64,000 nt of DNA. It comes from Monocercomonoides exilis PA203 (Eukaryota > Protista > Preaxostyla). Positions 1-15,000 of this stretch are shown piece by piece (position 1 is the stretch's first letter; the number at the start of each line of letters is the position of its first letter). The stretch lies in assembly GCA_001643675.2 (NCBI GenBank), contig LSRY02000003.1, forward strand, positions 930,001 through 994,000, given 5' to 3'. Below the pieces are notes generated by a model that saw only the letters and a list, made by a program, of their open reading frames with translations, made no database searches and was not told where the DNA came from. A program made the translations under genes and the position numbers.

Positions 1-1
1 A

Positions 2-3000
2 TTTGGGCTTACGATTCGGGTGTGGTACACAACACAATTATTGAAAGTGATCAAAGACATTCAAGAAGAGAACTGGGAAGATGTTACAAAGGACTTCACA
101 CAGTTTCATCTGACAAACCACCGATGCCTCGCTTTTCTGATGACTCTGCAAAGAACAATCCAGCCATTTGATTCGCAGAGATTGTTTGTGACTCAACTCA
201 TTGATTCAGTTGTGTCCGACGAAAAAGAACAGGATGTCTCTTCAAAAGAAGGCGCTGTGGAAGGTTCGTTAAATGCAGACGACGAAGAAGCTACTGCGGG
301 TGATGGAATCAACAAACGATCCTCTCCACAAAGAGTTCTCAGAGTGTTTAGTGGCATTTCTACTCCAGCTTCATCCGAACAGATGGACGACACAACAACA
401 GATGCTCAGAGCAGTTCAAGTAGAGATCACACAGAAGCGAAAAGTGAGAGCAAGTCAGGCAAAAGCTCCTCAAGACAACAATATGGTCAGAAGCACATGA
501 GTGATGATGATGAAGATGATGAACAGATTTTTGAAGGTTTTGATGATTCTACACAGAACTCGGAGTACGATGAAGATGATATATCTGGCAGATCAGATAA
601 CGATGTTGACGATGCAAGTGAAGAAAGGCACAACTCTTCAGTTGTTGGAAGCTCTTTCATGAAGCGTAAAAACGCTCAAATAGAGCTTTTCAGAACACTC
701 GTAAAGAGACTTATCTATCTATTTTTTCTATTCTGTCTTTACGATATCGATCACTTGCGTCTTATCAAAGCTTCAGGCATCCCTCTCTCAAGAGATATTC
801 ACACAACACATATATTCACTAATTATACAGGAGCAACATTTAACGAATCACATAGCGAGTTCAAGCCATCCGACCTAAACAACTCGCAAAAATCACTTGT
901 AACAACATTGTCCAATAGACTTTTGTTCACATTTGACGAAGCTCAACAGAACATCTTGCTGACAGCAGCAAATACAGATCTCACACTGGATCAGAACGAC
1001 GAACGGCAGAAGTTGTGGTATGGACTTGAGTGGATCCCTTCCACAAAGGCACTACAGACGCTTCCTATTGTGTGGCCTACACAGCAGTGGAAAGACCAGT
1101 TAGTCGCCCTCACGTTTGATGCGAACCGGCCAGGCGCGACTAACAGCGGGCCTCTTGTGGTTGTCAAAGATGCACAGTATTCTCTGTGCATGGCGCACCT
1201 CAGAGACATCTCCACGCTGACGGGACACAATTTGAGGTCGTTTGAGTGCACGCCTGGAACGGACATCAACTCCATCAAGCGCTTTCTGCTTTCGATGTTT
1301 GTTGACTCCAGATTCATTGTCTTCAGCGGAATCGAGCTGTTGACTCCGTTTGTGAGGAGATCATTGGTTGATTTTCTGAAGCAGCTTTGGGACTGGCGCC
1401 GCTGCCAGGAATCGTCGCAGCCTGGTTTCGCACAGCTGAGTCTCGAAGGCCTCAGCGTTACAATTTCTGTGCCGCTTGGGAACTTTGTGGTGATTGGTGT
1501 GTATGTGTCGGAAACATCTCTCCAAAATTCACTTCCTGACGGAATCGATTCTGTTATGATGCCGATGATGATGCCAGACTTTCAAAAGAGTGATTGGCTG
1601 GCGCCTCTTTTTGCTGCGCAAGGTTTTGTGAGCTTTGCAAGTCTGTCTTTGAAAACTGACTCTTATCTTGATGCACTGAAAGAATTGCTTCTGTACGAAT
1701 TCAAAGAATCGAACGATCAAATTAATGCAAAGCTCTCTTCGTTAAGCTTTCTGGAAAGCATCACACAGTTGGCTGGTGATCGCCACAGAACATTGATTCA
1801 CTCAACTGCTGCGGCACATGGTGACAGAGGAAAGATTTACGAACGAACTTTAGCTTTTCCATTTGAATCTCACAAGCAAAGCTTTTTCATGGAGATTCAG
1901 TATTTAGAGGAGCTGACATGCCACGATGCACTGTGGGAAATAAGCGAGCAACTTTTCAGCATTTTAGCCCCACTTTCACTCATTGACCCAACGCATTCAT
2001 CACATCCATCTGCCGACGAAGACAAAAGAACGCTTCCTCCTCTGATTGACTCCATCAAGACACTTCTCGATTCACATTTTCCCGGACAACTTGTACCATC
2101 TATTGTGGAAGCACAGCGTTCTGCAGCATTGCAATACAGCGAACAATCAACACTCGGAACAGTCGATTCATTTGCAGATGCTGTGCAGACAGCTTCACAA
2201 GGAATGCTTCTTTCTATCGATCAATCTTTTGTAGAGAAATGCACTGAAGTTGCCAAAGCAATTGAAAGAGATTGGCTCGTCGTTTTGACAGGTCCCACCG
2301 GAAGCGGCAAGGCAACTGTGCTGTCTGTTGTTGCACAGGCTTATGCTATTACTGGCCAGCAAAAGCCAATAATTGTCGATCTTCCATCGTTTATGTTGAG
2401 CAAGCCGCAACCAAAAAATAACCCAGATGACATCGATGGAACACCATTCCCGCTCTTTCAGAAAATTGAGAAGGCATTTACAATGCAATCATTTTCAACA
2501 CGAAGAAATTCGACTTCCAATGAAGAAGAGATTACAGGTGAAGATCCACCAGTGTGGATTGTGATTCAGGTTATCAAGCCAACCTCGTTCCAGTCATTTG
2601 CTTCGTTGTTCCAAGAAAGCTTCCATTGCTCTGTGAATGAAGAAGGTGGGTATCTCGATTTGAACTTTTCAAATGTAGAGCGTTTGATTCTTCCAAAGTT
2701 TTCACGGTTCATTTTTGAAGTTAGTTGCTCAATTTTGGAGATCTCCTCAGCGTTGGCCATGCACGAATCAATCGTTCCACTGAAGTTCCCATTTTCACAA
2801 ATGATGAATTGGATGATGGAGACATGGACCTCCAGAATGGCTCATCATCTGCCAACAGAATACATCGAGTCAGCTCTTTTGCTTCTCCGGCAAACTTTCA
2901 TGAAAAGCGTGATTTTTCTCAGGTTAGCAGCGCATTCCGTTGAGCACTTGTCTATTTCTCGAATTCCTGTTGTTGGACTGCTTCACACAACGCTGTACAT

Positions 3001-6000
3001 TCTAACTGCTCTCATACGTCTTCATCCGAAGGCATCTCAACACAAGCTTGATGGCAATGTTTTGCGATTGTATATCATTTATTCTGTGATTTGGGGTGCG
3101 GCTGGCCATCTTCCGAACTGGAATCCTTCGCTTCGCACTTTTCGAACATGGTATGAAAGATGGGCAAAAGCACATCCAATGAATCGCGTGATGAATGTGC
3201 TTGAAATGTGGAAGATGGATCAGTTTGACTCTGATGCTGTTGGCTCTTTCAATGAAAATGAAGATGATTCCACAATTGAAGCTACAAAAACCATCTATCG
3301 CGATGATTTTGATGCGTGGTTCCGCAATGAGTTTGAAAAAGAAGTTGATTTCGGGAAAAGCGGAACAGTGTTTGATTATGTTGTTGATCCTGTACAGAAG
3401 AAGATGGTTCTTCTCAATGAAGTCAGGCAGTGGCCTCAGTCGATTGACTTTATGAACAATCACCTGGATACATCTTCTCTGATTTTGAACCATCTTCCGT
3501 TTAACCAGCTCAGATATGTTATAATGCTCTGCACATATGTTGGCAGGAGTGCAATTATTCTCGAAGACGAATTTGTTGATGGTCAGTCCATCGCAATGAA
3601 CGTTGCCTCATCAATTCCGGATGTTGTAGCTGCTTCAATGTCAGAAACATGCAAGCGTCTAAACGATTGCAAGTACCCTCAGCATCCACCTAGAGTAGCA
3701 TTCATTGGATATCATGAAGAATCACTTTCCGAACTGATTGACTTGTGTTCTGAATTTAAGAAATGCGGGCTGAATTGTGCTGAGCCTGTGTGTCCAACGC
3801 GCTGCAACCTGATTTATCTTTTGGATGATCACAAAATAGACGATCATTCAATTGACATGAAGGAAAGCGCACAACTTGGCTCAACTGTTGGAGCATTCCA
3901 TTATTGTGCTTCGAAGCGCCGAACATTGGACGAGAACTTATCTGAACAGGAAATCATTAACATCAACCCTGTTCTGTTTGTGTGCCAGGAAGATGAGTCC
4001 TTTGGGCTTCCAGAAAACATACATAGCACAAATAACATCTCCCTGTTCAGCTTGCAGAAACCGATGATCGAAGACTTTGTGATTATTGCAACAAACATCT
4101 ACCAATCAAGCGAAATGGGACAAATTCGCTTTCAGCCACAGTATAGTTCTACATCAACCGCCTTTGATGGACATTTTGCTTCCTCACAAACTCCATCCGA
4201 TAATGGCCTTTCAGCAAATAGATTAACTGCCGAAGCATCATCAACGCCATCTTCTCCATCATCCTTTACAACAGCAGCTTTTGGCTCATCAACTTCGGCT
4301 TCTGCAATGTCAACTCCGCTTCATTATCCTTATCCTCCTTCTCCTTTTCCTTCTTCTGCTCAACATCCTTCAACCAATTCTTCAGCACCAGTTTTTGACG
4401 GTCACTTTTCAGATGAATACAGCTCATTCTTTTTCGGTAACATTCTTCCTGCTTCAATAAAGCTACACTTGACTGTTCTCAATTCCAGACAGAAGGCAAT
4501 TCGATGCTCATTAAACCAGTTTATTGCTCTCATCCGCTCAATATGCGCTGCTCCATCTCTTATCTTTTCCAATCGATTAAAGCTCTCCGAGCTTTGGAGA
4601 TGGCAGTGTCAGAGGATTTATGTGCTGACGCAGCCCACGCTGCGACTGTCCAGGCATATTGAAGAACAAATCAATTCAATTTATCGCGCATTTTTCGGAG
4701 AAAACGAATATGACTCTGAAAGCTCACAGCCCTTTTCATTCGCATTACGCACTGTGGATCCAGAAAAGCTTCCTTATGTGATGGACGAGAATGAAAACCC
4801 AAGTAACGAGATTCTTCCAGATCTTTTGAGGGATTTTACACTTTCAAAAGATGAATTGACGCCATTTTCGCTGGTAATGATAAGCAAACTATGCACATGC
4901 AGGCAGTTTGCAGACTATTTCCTGAAGTGTCTTGAGACGTTGTGTGAATCCACAATTCCAATCGTGCTTATTGATACAGATGGTGTACTCATGCCACATA
5001 TCATGCTGTGTGTGAGACACATTCTTGGTTTTGATGCTCGAGTCACTGACTTCCCAACAACGCAAAAGTCAATGAGAGATCTTTTGGATCTTGTGGCTGT
5101 TGTTGCAATTACACATGGAGTTGGACACCATTTTGCGTTGGAGAAAAAAGTGGAAAGCACAATTTGTTTGATGATGGGAGAAATACTTCCTTCATTTTCG
5201 TTCTGCATTGTGTTTCTGAGCAGAATATTTGGCAACTATCCTAGAAAAGGAAGAGATATTAAAAAAGAGATTAAGCCACTGAGTTCAGAAGAGGCAAACT
5301 GCATGATTATTGACTCAATGGCTGACTGCGACGAGTATTTGTATCGTCGAATCTCATTTTTGTTCCACAAAAGAGGAAAGCAAAAGGTGACTGGGGATGA
5401 TGTTGAAGAGCTGCTTCAAGAGGCAGCTGGAGTGACAAGACTCGTTTTTTTGATGAAACAACAGTCGATGGACAAGTATCTGCACACTCTGTGTGTGCTT
5501 CAGAAAAATCAGTTTATAATCTTTCCACATACATTCACTCCACAAATGCACCAAGAAATCTCTCAGAACATTCTTGAACCTGTTTTCCATTCGCTTTCTT
5601 CGTTCATTTTCAACTGTGATGCAACTCTTCACTTGTCTTCAGTAACATCTACTGGCCTGTTCCAATCAACTCCTATTTCACAAAGTGTTTCTTCTGCTTC
5701 TCCTGCGACTTCAATGGCAAACAAAACAGCAACAAGAAATAACTTTCAAATGATAATTCCTCGAGTTTCAGCAAATATGTCAAAGGTTAATGAAGACAAA
5801 CTGCAGGACTACGAGGTTCATGGTTTTGCACCTGGGCAACCTTCTTCTCTAAATAGTACATCCATCCAAAGTCTTGAGGCTTATGATTCAAAACAGGTGT
5901 TCAAAGAAAACGTTGGAGTTTATAACGATCAACATCAATTGACTGACAACCGGTCAATCGAATCATCTGCTTATCCGTCGCAAGTAGCAACTCCTTCATA

Positions 6001-9000
6001 TGCAATGGCGGACACGCTTTCTTCAACGAATGCTTTTTCTCCTTCCTTTTCAGTTGCAAAGAGATCAAATTCAAGCACTGGATTGAGGCAACTGATTCCT
6101 TTCATTCTATCAAAGATCCATCAATCTATTCTGGTTATTTCGCACTCAATTGGAAACGAACACACAACATGGGGATATGCTGGCAATGACAATGTTGTTC
6201 CACTATTTCAAATGAGCGATCCATCGAGCTTAAACTTCTTGGAATTTGTGGAAAATTTTGCGAAGTTTCTTTTCTTTTCTGTGAGGTATTTTCAACAGTC
6301 AATTGCACAACGTGAGCTGATTCTGCTGTCTATTGAGGAGTTTCAGAGATCTATTGAAAAGCTGAGGCAGAGCATGACACAGATGCAAATAGTTTCACAG
6401 AAAAGTGACAAAGTTCCAATTATTCAGCAACGAATAGATGCAATTGATCAAGCAGTGAAGAAACACGAAGAGATGCTTCGTTCTTTGTCGAAACAAATTG
6501 CAGAAAAGGAAAGCGCCTTTTCCAACAGTCGAAGCCACATTCGACCAGAAGTGAAAATACTTGCTCGATATGCATTCAACGCACAGTCTCAGCTTATTGC
6601 AATCAGAAGCTATGAACTTATGGACTTGCATCTTCTATCTTCGAGACATCAAGCCACAAAAAAGCTGATTGAGAGTATTTTGTACATTTTGTCACCAAGG
6701 GAACTGAAGCTAATTGCCAAATCGACTTCAAATCTTCTTTCTGCGCTGTGGAGATTCGATCCGTTGTCTGTCCCTTATTCAGTGGTGAAGCGAATGCGGG
6801 AACGCTTGTCAACAGAATTCTTGATAAGTGACATCCCTTCCCATCCGCCTGTGGGGAGAGCACTTTATTTGTGGCTGGAGTGGATGATGGATGTGAAATA
6901 TCTTTCGATGAAATTGAAAGAAGGTGATCGAGCAACATTGAAACAGCTTATCCAACTGTCAAATCTGTATGTTCGATGCTATTTTTGCCAGCTGCAAATT
7001 CGGAGAATGAAGAAAGAAAGAAGCAAGTGTATGGAAGCTAAACAAGCACTTGTGAACAACCCGTACACTGCAGAAGATGCGTTTATGAGGGGAAGAGCTG
7101 CGCTTGTACTGGCTGAGAGGTTTGCCTGTTCTGTTGTCAATATTTGTGATGAATGCATGAAGGAGATTCAAAGAGGGAAAAGAGAGCTTCACTATGCTAT
7201 TGGTAACAGTATTATAACTGCTGCATATTTTGAATATGGACATCAGTTTAATTCGCACACAAGACATCTTCTTCTTCGAGATGCTGTCATTCCAATTCTT
7301 CAACAGAATCAGATCCCGTTTTCGTTGAATCATGACCCACTGCTGTTTTTTGTTAAGTTTCAGTTCAAAGAACTTTCGGCTTTGCTTATGCATTCAGCCA
7401 ACCAAAGAACGGACCAATCTTCAAAAGTACCATTAGCAAAAAGGAACACTGAAGGATGCATAAACATTTTCCCCTCAAAAGAAACTTTTTCAAAAATAAC
7501 AAAAGCGAATAATTCATCAGTTATTTATTTCTCTTCTCCTTCACAATCTCAAGCACCAACTCCTCCTCAACGAGATAAGTCTAAAGAAAGAAGGGATACT
7601 CTTCCAGCTGTTCCATTCAAAAAACTGACTTCTGCATCATCTGACACGTCGGCATTAATTTCAGCATCTCAAAAAAGACGATCACAAAATTCACCAGCTC
7701 AAAACGTACAACCAATAAACATTCATCAGAGTTACGACGAAGCAACATTTCCTCGAATCTTTGAGTCTCCTTTTTATTCTTCTGAGATGAATACGGACTC
7801 GGAATTCGATTTTTGCCCAGATGAAAGGGAGGAAGGGATCAGAATGCCTTATCCTCTGCTTTTTAATTCAGACTATTTCGACCCTTCTGCTAAAAATTTT
7901 GTGTCTTTTTCGGAGCAAAATGGAGTATCTGCCGCGCTTTCTCCACATTCGATCCACTTGACATCAAATGGACTGTGGGACAACTACCCAAGATTCACTT
8001 TGAATGACTTGCATTCATCATCATCTTCTTCTTCCTTTCTTCCAACATATCTTTCATTTAATGATGAGCTGTTTGCACATCATGTGTCATTTCTTGCACT
8101 TCCAACTTTTCTTGTTGATGTTCATTGCCCTCGTCTTGTTCCATTTTCCGACACATTCGGCGGTAATTCTTCGCTGTACTCGCGACCATACATGAACGAT
8201 GCGCTTCAAAGAAAGAAGATGGAAAGCATGCAGTCGTTTGAAAGTGGAAGGAGTTCACGAAATTTGAAATGGAATGGCTCCAAAGATGGATCGAGTTCAT
8301 CCCTTGGGCAATATTCGTCTTCATTCAATTCTTCAATGCAGTTTTCAGAAGCATCAAATTCTCTTCGTTTTAGCAATGCGCAGCAAAGAGGATTTGGCAT
8401 TGTTGATGGAAACTTTGGTTCTCGATCTCAAAACGTGCAGAATAATGGAGGAATGGAAAGTTCTAGTGGAATAACATTGTCAAATTGGAATTCTTCGGGG
8501 TTAGATATGAAAGGAGGTGCAAGCAAAACAACTGCAAATATTAATGATGAAGACAGTTCCCGTCCAACTAACTCTTCATCTGCAGCAGCACAAGGAATGA
8601 TTTCTTCGAATGTCACTGTGAACAATATCCTTCAACAAGGCGGAATTGGAGGAGGTGTGATGAACTCAAGTGGAGCAAGCATAGAAATGATATCACCAAC
8701 TTTGGGATTTAGCGGATCACAGCGAGGAGTTGCCGAACTGTTCATGATGATTTTGTTTGCTCGTGGCTTCACACACAAAGTGCTCTCAGCAAAAAATGTG
8801 AGAGAAATTCCAGAGTTGCTTTTTGGCTCACATTCACTTTTTGACAGAATGGTGTTTCGAGTGCGCTGCCCGCTGATATTTGATCATCTGGGGATAATGA
8901 CATCACCAATCTACGAAGGCACATCCAGCACACAAAACGATCTGTTTCATCTGTATGACATTGAGGACCCTGTCAGCTCTCCGTTTGTTATTTCTCTGGC

Positions 9001-12000
9001 TCAGTCTGATGCATATAAAAAGATACTCGATGCAATACAAATTTTATCTCCAAATCAGCCGAGCCAAACACCAAAGCAGGATATGATGAATCCGTTTGCG
9101 CACAGTAGCTCAAAAATAGAAGCTGGTCAAGAAGAAAGAGGAAAGAATGATGAGTTCCCAATTGTTGATAACTCCGGCGGAGGCTCAACTTCTTCAATGC
9201 ACACTTTAAACGAAAATGGAAGCAATAAACAAAATTCAGAGAAAATGAATAAAGAAGATTTATTATTCAACACACCAAATGTTTCTTCATCGCATTCGTT
9301 CGCAACTTCTAATGCAGAACAATCTCCCCTTGTGTCTGATCTCTATTCAAACAAAAGGAAAACACGAAAATGCATCATTTTAACTCATGTTGATGACAGC
9401 ACAGTTGACGAGAGGATCAAAAACTTCTTGTTTGTATTGACTTTGATGCAGGAAAAGATGACAATGGTTGACAATTCGGCAGCAGATCGGAGCCTTTTTG
9501 GATCGCAAACTTCATTTTCAAATTTATCAAATTCTTCAAGATTTTATTCAAGAAGGAATAAGCAGAAATTATCACGCACACGCAGCTATTCATCGCTTTC
9601 GCCACTGACTCCTCCACACTTTTATGAATATTCAAGCGCCTTGCAGTCACCTTTTCATTCATTTTCTCAGAACACTCCAATTTCTCCAACTTTTTGCTCC
9701 TCGAATACTTTTTCTTTTCAGCCTTCTTCTTCCATTCCATCGCTTTCTTCCATCGCTTCATTTTCTCCTCCTTCTTCTCCTCGCAATACTTCCTCTTCTT
9801 CTTCTGCATCAACTGCATCTCAATCTTCTCTTCAATCAGAATCCAACATGACTGTCAGTCTGCTTTCCCCAGACTACATTTCAACAGCAGATTCCAACTC
9901 TCTTATTAGGGTTACATTGCCAAGTGACGTTGATGTGATACTCGTTGCAAACATTCACAAAGGAAGCACATTTCTTGGCATGTGGACAACAATTACTTAT
10001 CCGATTGTTCTCACCCCAACAGAAGAGACGATTCGAATGGCAATGTCACCTGAAGTTGGGCAGGTGGTCTCAAAGTTTGTGCGAAGTGGAACAGCAGCTT
10101 CGCTTCTCGACAGCTCAGTGCCTTCACTTTATCCTAATGTACACTTGCTCGCCAATGAGGAGAAGAAAAGAGTGGAAATAAATGGGAAAATAGCTTTTCT
10201 GACACACTACAGAAATCTACTGAGGCATTTGCCGTTTTCTTTGAATGATGATTCACTTGATGATCGTAACATCTTGAACAATGAGAAAAATGATTTGCAA
10301 TCAGACGAAGAAAGAAATGAGGAGATGGACATATTGCAAAGTGAGAATGAAGAAAGCAGTGCTCTTATTTCCACCAGGAAGCTTTACAAAGAAGGGATTG
10401 GCTCTGAGAATGAGACAGAAGAAAGCGGAGAAGAGGAAGAAAAAAATCAGAAAGATGGCAAAGGAACACCAATTGAGATTCCTCCAATTGATTTTGAAGA
10501 AGAAAATGAGTTTTCATCTTTAACACCAAAGTCTTCTTGTGAAAGCAATGAAAAATTCTCAGAAGAACAAATGAATGAAAGCAAAAATAAGAATTTTAAG
10601 AGAAACAATTCAAAAGAAGGCAGAACAAGTAAACGAAATTCAATTCAAGTTGAAAAAACTGATCAATTTGAAAATGATGAAAGCAATCAAAGAAAGCAAA
10701 GAGAAATCAGTACAGATGAAACAGTGGCTGAAAAGAAATCTGTTCTTTTCCCATCAAACAATAATATAAAAAAGAAAAAGAAAAAGAAAGGTGGGAAAAC
10801 TTCTTCTGATGAAATGCAACAAACTAAAAGTGAGTTGAGTGAAAGTGACGAAAAATCATCTCAAGCACTTAAGGGAAACTTAAGCAGACGCAATTCAACT
10901 CAACTTCAAAGAAAAGGCTCAATCAGCCTTCAAACAGATCAAAGCACCTCTTCACCGAGAGTGCATCACAGCAAAGAGCGAAAATCATCAATATTTTCTG
11001 AAGGACGATTAAAATCTATTTCAGAAGAGAAAGGAGAAAGAGATAACAGCAATGACAACAACATCAAAGAAAGAAAATATTTTGAAGATGAAAAAATGTT
11101 GGATCAACTTGCAGATGAAGTGATAGACAGTGAAGATGAATACACTGAAGCAATCATCGACCCGACAGTGGTGCCGTTTGTGATGCTTCTGAACTGGTCC
11201 AAGCAGAAAGAAGACGAGTTTGCCTCGTTTATGAGCGAGTTCGACAAGCAAAGCACAGAATATTCGCTTGCCGAGTCATCCACCTTCGACACAATGCAAT
11301 GGATCAATCTGTGTTTCACATGGGAAGAGGAGGTGATAAGACCTGTTGTGGATGTGCTGTCGTTATTTTGCTTTACCTCCCTCAGGCTGTCTGGTGAACC
11401 TTTTCGTCGGCTGGAGCCTTTGTGCTTTTCTCGGAGAATGCTCCATCCAACCCTGCAGCGGTTTCTGACAGTTGTGCAGATGTATATCGACAACGAGTCT
11501 GGGAAAAAAGGAGAAAGAAGCTTTTCATTTGGAAAAGATGGACTGCCTTCTTCTGCTCCTGTCTCTCCAATGTCACCTATGTCACCAATGTCTCCCATGT
11601 CTCCAATTTCGCAAATGTCCGCCATCACTTCAATGAGAGCGTCCAATTTTGAAGACGGGATCTGGCCATTGCCTTCTCCATCGGATGAAACAAAGGGATT
11701 ATTCGGCTTCAAATCACAACAGCAAACATACAAGAAAACTGGTGACTTAACTTCATTGGAACCATCGCCTTCTCCAATATCAGCCATCCTCAAAGGCCTT
11801 GCACATCTTCCACAAGGTGCTAATGGTGCTTTTATGCTGTTTGGGCTGCAACCTCATCTGAAGCAGTCCATTTTGTCAGGCTCTTCGAGAATGTTCGGGA
11901 GAATGCTCCAGAACGAAACACAATGCGTCACAGATTACTTGGCAATGTGCCTGTTTCTGGCATTGAAGCTGTCAAATGATGCGGGAAATGGCTTATCTCC

Positions 12001-15000
12001 GATTGAAACGAACATCTTCATCAACTCTTCCATGTTTCTCATTCACGACTTCGACGATATGCCACATAACACCAAAACAGACTTACAGAATGTGGAATTC
12101 CCAACGTTTATGTGCTGCGAGCTGCCTCATCTGTTCCTCCCAATGGAAACAGCAGTACTCCAAACAAACGGACTTCTCCCTGCAAACCCCGCTTCCTCCT
12201 GGCTGCAGAGCCTGACGTGGAAGAATCTGTTTGCGCTTTCCGTGTGCTGCCCTCGCTTCCGCCCCATCGTGACCGACTTGGATCCACACTCGCACTCACT
12301 TTTCACAGTCATCGACCACATTCCAGTCACTCCTAATGCACGGACTCGCTATTCGATGATGAAAGTGATGAAACGAACTTCTGTCATTCCACAGCAGATT
12401 TCCCACTCTGCTCGCTCGGCTTTGAGAAGAGAGTCCCACAAGCAGAAGCAGAAGCTTTCGCTCTTATTTGACGGAAGAGATCTGCTCATGAATGAAGAGC
12501 ATCATCGGCACTCAATCAAAAACTTTGAGCCTTTCTTTCGCAGAGGATTCAGCTGGGGCTCTGCAGCCGCACCAACCTCAAACGGATCATCAGCACAAAA
12601 CTTCTCATATTCCACTTCTTCTCTGTCCTCTCTGAACTCTTCATTTCTGAATCCGTACTCAAACACAGAAAGCCAGCTGGACTTTGACAACGGCAGCTCC
12701 AATGCGCTCGAAGAAGACGACACTTCGTATTCCTTCCAGCGCCAGCACATAATCACCAACTGCCCTTATTCCAGCCACAATCAGCTGGACTCTTTTGCTG
12801 CCAGACAGCAGCAGCAGCAAGACGACAGAATGGCCTATTTGGCCAGTGCGCAGTCTTCATACAGCGCAGACGCTGGCTTTGTGCCACAGCTGTTTGACTA
12901 CGATGCGGGGCTGGAGACAGTTCCGGAGTATCCACAGCAGCAGATGGGTGCATTTCAAGGAACAGGGATTTATGAAGGAGGAAATGAAAGAGGGTTTTAT
13001 GGAGATGGAAGAAAGGCCATTGCACAGGGAAGAGGGAATGCGGGTGTGACAAGCATTGCGAGGCAGGGAGGAGCTATACAGAATCTTGTGGATTCGAGCG
13101 TTGCTTCTATTTTTGGACTGGGAGATTCCACTCAAAACACTCTTTCTCTTTCTGATGGTTTATCATCGTCGTCTTCTTCTTCTTCCAACATATCTTCCTT
13201 GTCTGCTTCCTCTTCCTCTTCTTCCTCGTCTACCATTAATCGCATAAAATTCGGTGGATTTTCTGAGTCAAATACATCGGCTGATTCTCAGTCAAATGCA
13301 CTTTTCCTAACGAACATTCAGAGAAAATGGGAAGAATGGTTCAACTGCGACGAGCCCGAAATGGCAGAGCTGCCAAACGAACAGTTGAAAACACTGAATC
13401 CATTCCAGAAGCTGCTGCTTATTTCAGCTGTGCGACCAGATCGGATGATGCAGGCAGCCATCTTGGCAATCATGTCCCAGCCGTTGCTCGGGGCTGAGTG
13501 TGCGTATTTTATGGGAATGATGCCATCGCATGTGAAGAGAGATATGACAACAACAGCAGCAGCGAATACATCAGGAACACGTTCATCTGCTAAAGCGCAA
13601 CAAACAGCTATTTCGCCTGCTTCTGCTTTAAGTGCTATTAATGCTTCTTCTTCTTATTCTCCGTTCTATACAGTGGCTCAATCTTCTTCCTCCTCATCGT
13701 CATCATCATCATCTTCTTCTTCTTCTGCTTTCTTTTCTTCCTCCATCTGCAGCCAAATTGAGCCCAGCCGTTTCTTCTACTGCGGAAAGGCTTCAATCAA
13801 CAGCATTCTGAACGAAACTTTTCAGACAGCCTATCCGAATCACGTCTCGATGCACCGGCTGACTCAGAACGGCTCAGCAATTGTGCTGTCGCTGATGGGG
13901 ACAAAGTGGATGGCGCCTGTGGCTGAGTGGAGGATTGCGATGGATCTGCAGTCGTTTGCACAGGAGAAGGACATCACGGCTGTCACACTGAACATCTCGG
14001 AGATTATTCGGAAGGCCAAATGGACGCTGGAGCAGTCAGCGCACAGCAGAAGACACAACCAGGACAGTTCTGCTGCTTATCCTCCGCCTCCTCAGACTTC
14101 GTCTTCCTCTTCAACTTCTTCTGCTTCTTTTATATCTTTGCTTCCTTTGCAAGATCAGGAGAAAGTGTCTTATGAGACATTGCTTTGGAGTTCTGTGTGG
14201 GAAATCACTGCAATTGAGCTGAGTTTGCAGCTGCAGAAAGGAGGCTGGATCATTCTGACAGGCCTGTCATTGGTGGACGAGTCATTTGCAAAGAGGCTTT
14301 CGGACTGGGTTGTTGAGAATCTCCCGTTTTATCACACTTTGAGAAGAGGAAACTCGCAATTCAATGCTTATTCCTCCTCCTCCCCTTCTTCTACTGCTAC
14401 TGCTACTGCTTCCAACATTTCATCGCCTTCTCGTTTTGTACTGTGGATGATCTTCGAAGAAACCTCAGTGCTCAACAGGAATTCTGCCATCAACACGTTT
14501 TCCCATTCCTTTGCAGCGCACGCCCATCTCTTTGCTGTCAGAGTTCCTTTGACATTTCGCGGCGTGCTCTCCGAAAGCCTCATCCGCGCGACGGACATGG
14601 CAGACAGCCAGACTCTTCTGGCGCTGGCACAGTTCTACGACAGCACCGCCACTGCAGACTCTAAAGTGGTCAAGCAGTTCTGCTGCTTCTTGTTCACCCT
14701 CTGCTGCTTCCACAGCCTCATCGTGGAGCACATCAAGTGCATTTCGCAGTCCAACAGCGGTCTGATCGTTCGGATCTCACCTGATTCTGTTGTGGACTTG
14801 CTGTCCTTGGTTGTCAACGTAAGCAAAACGACCTTCATCAAAAAAAGCAAACAAGTGAAAAACTCCTCTTCTCATCTGGATTCGTTCATTTGGAGTGTGT
14901 TCTTCCGGAACGTGATGTATCGTGCCTATCCGTTCATTGCCAACTCCATCGACCCTTCTGTTCTGATTTCTTTGTTCAACACTTTGTTCAACAACGATAT

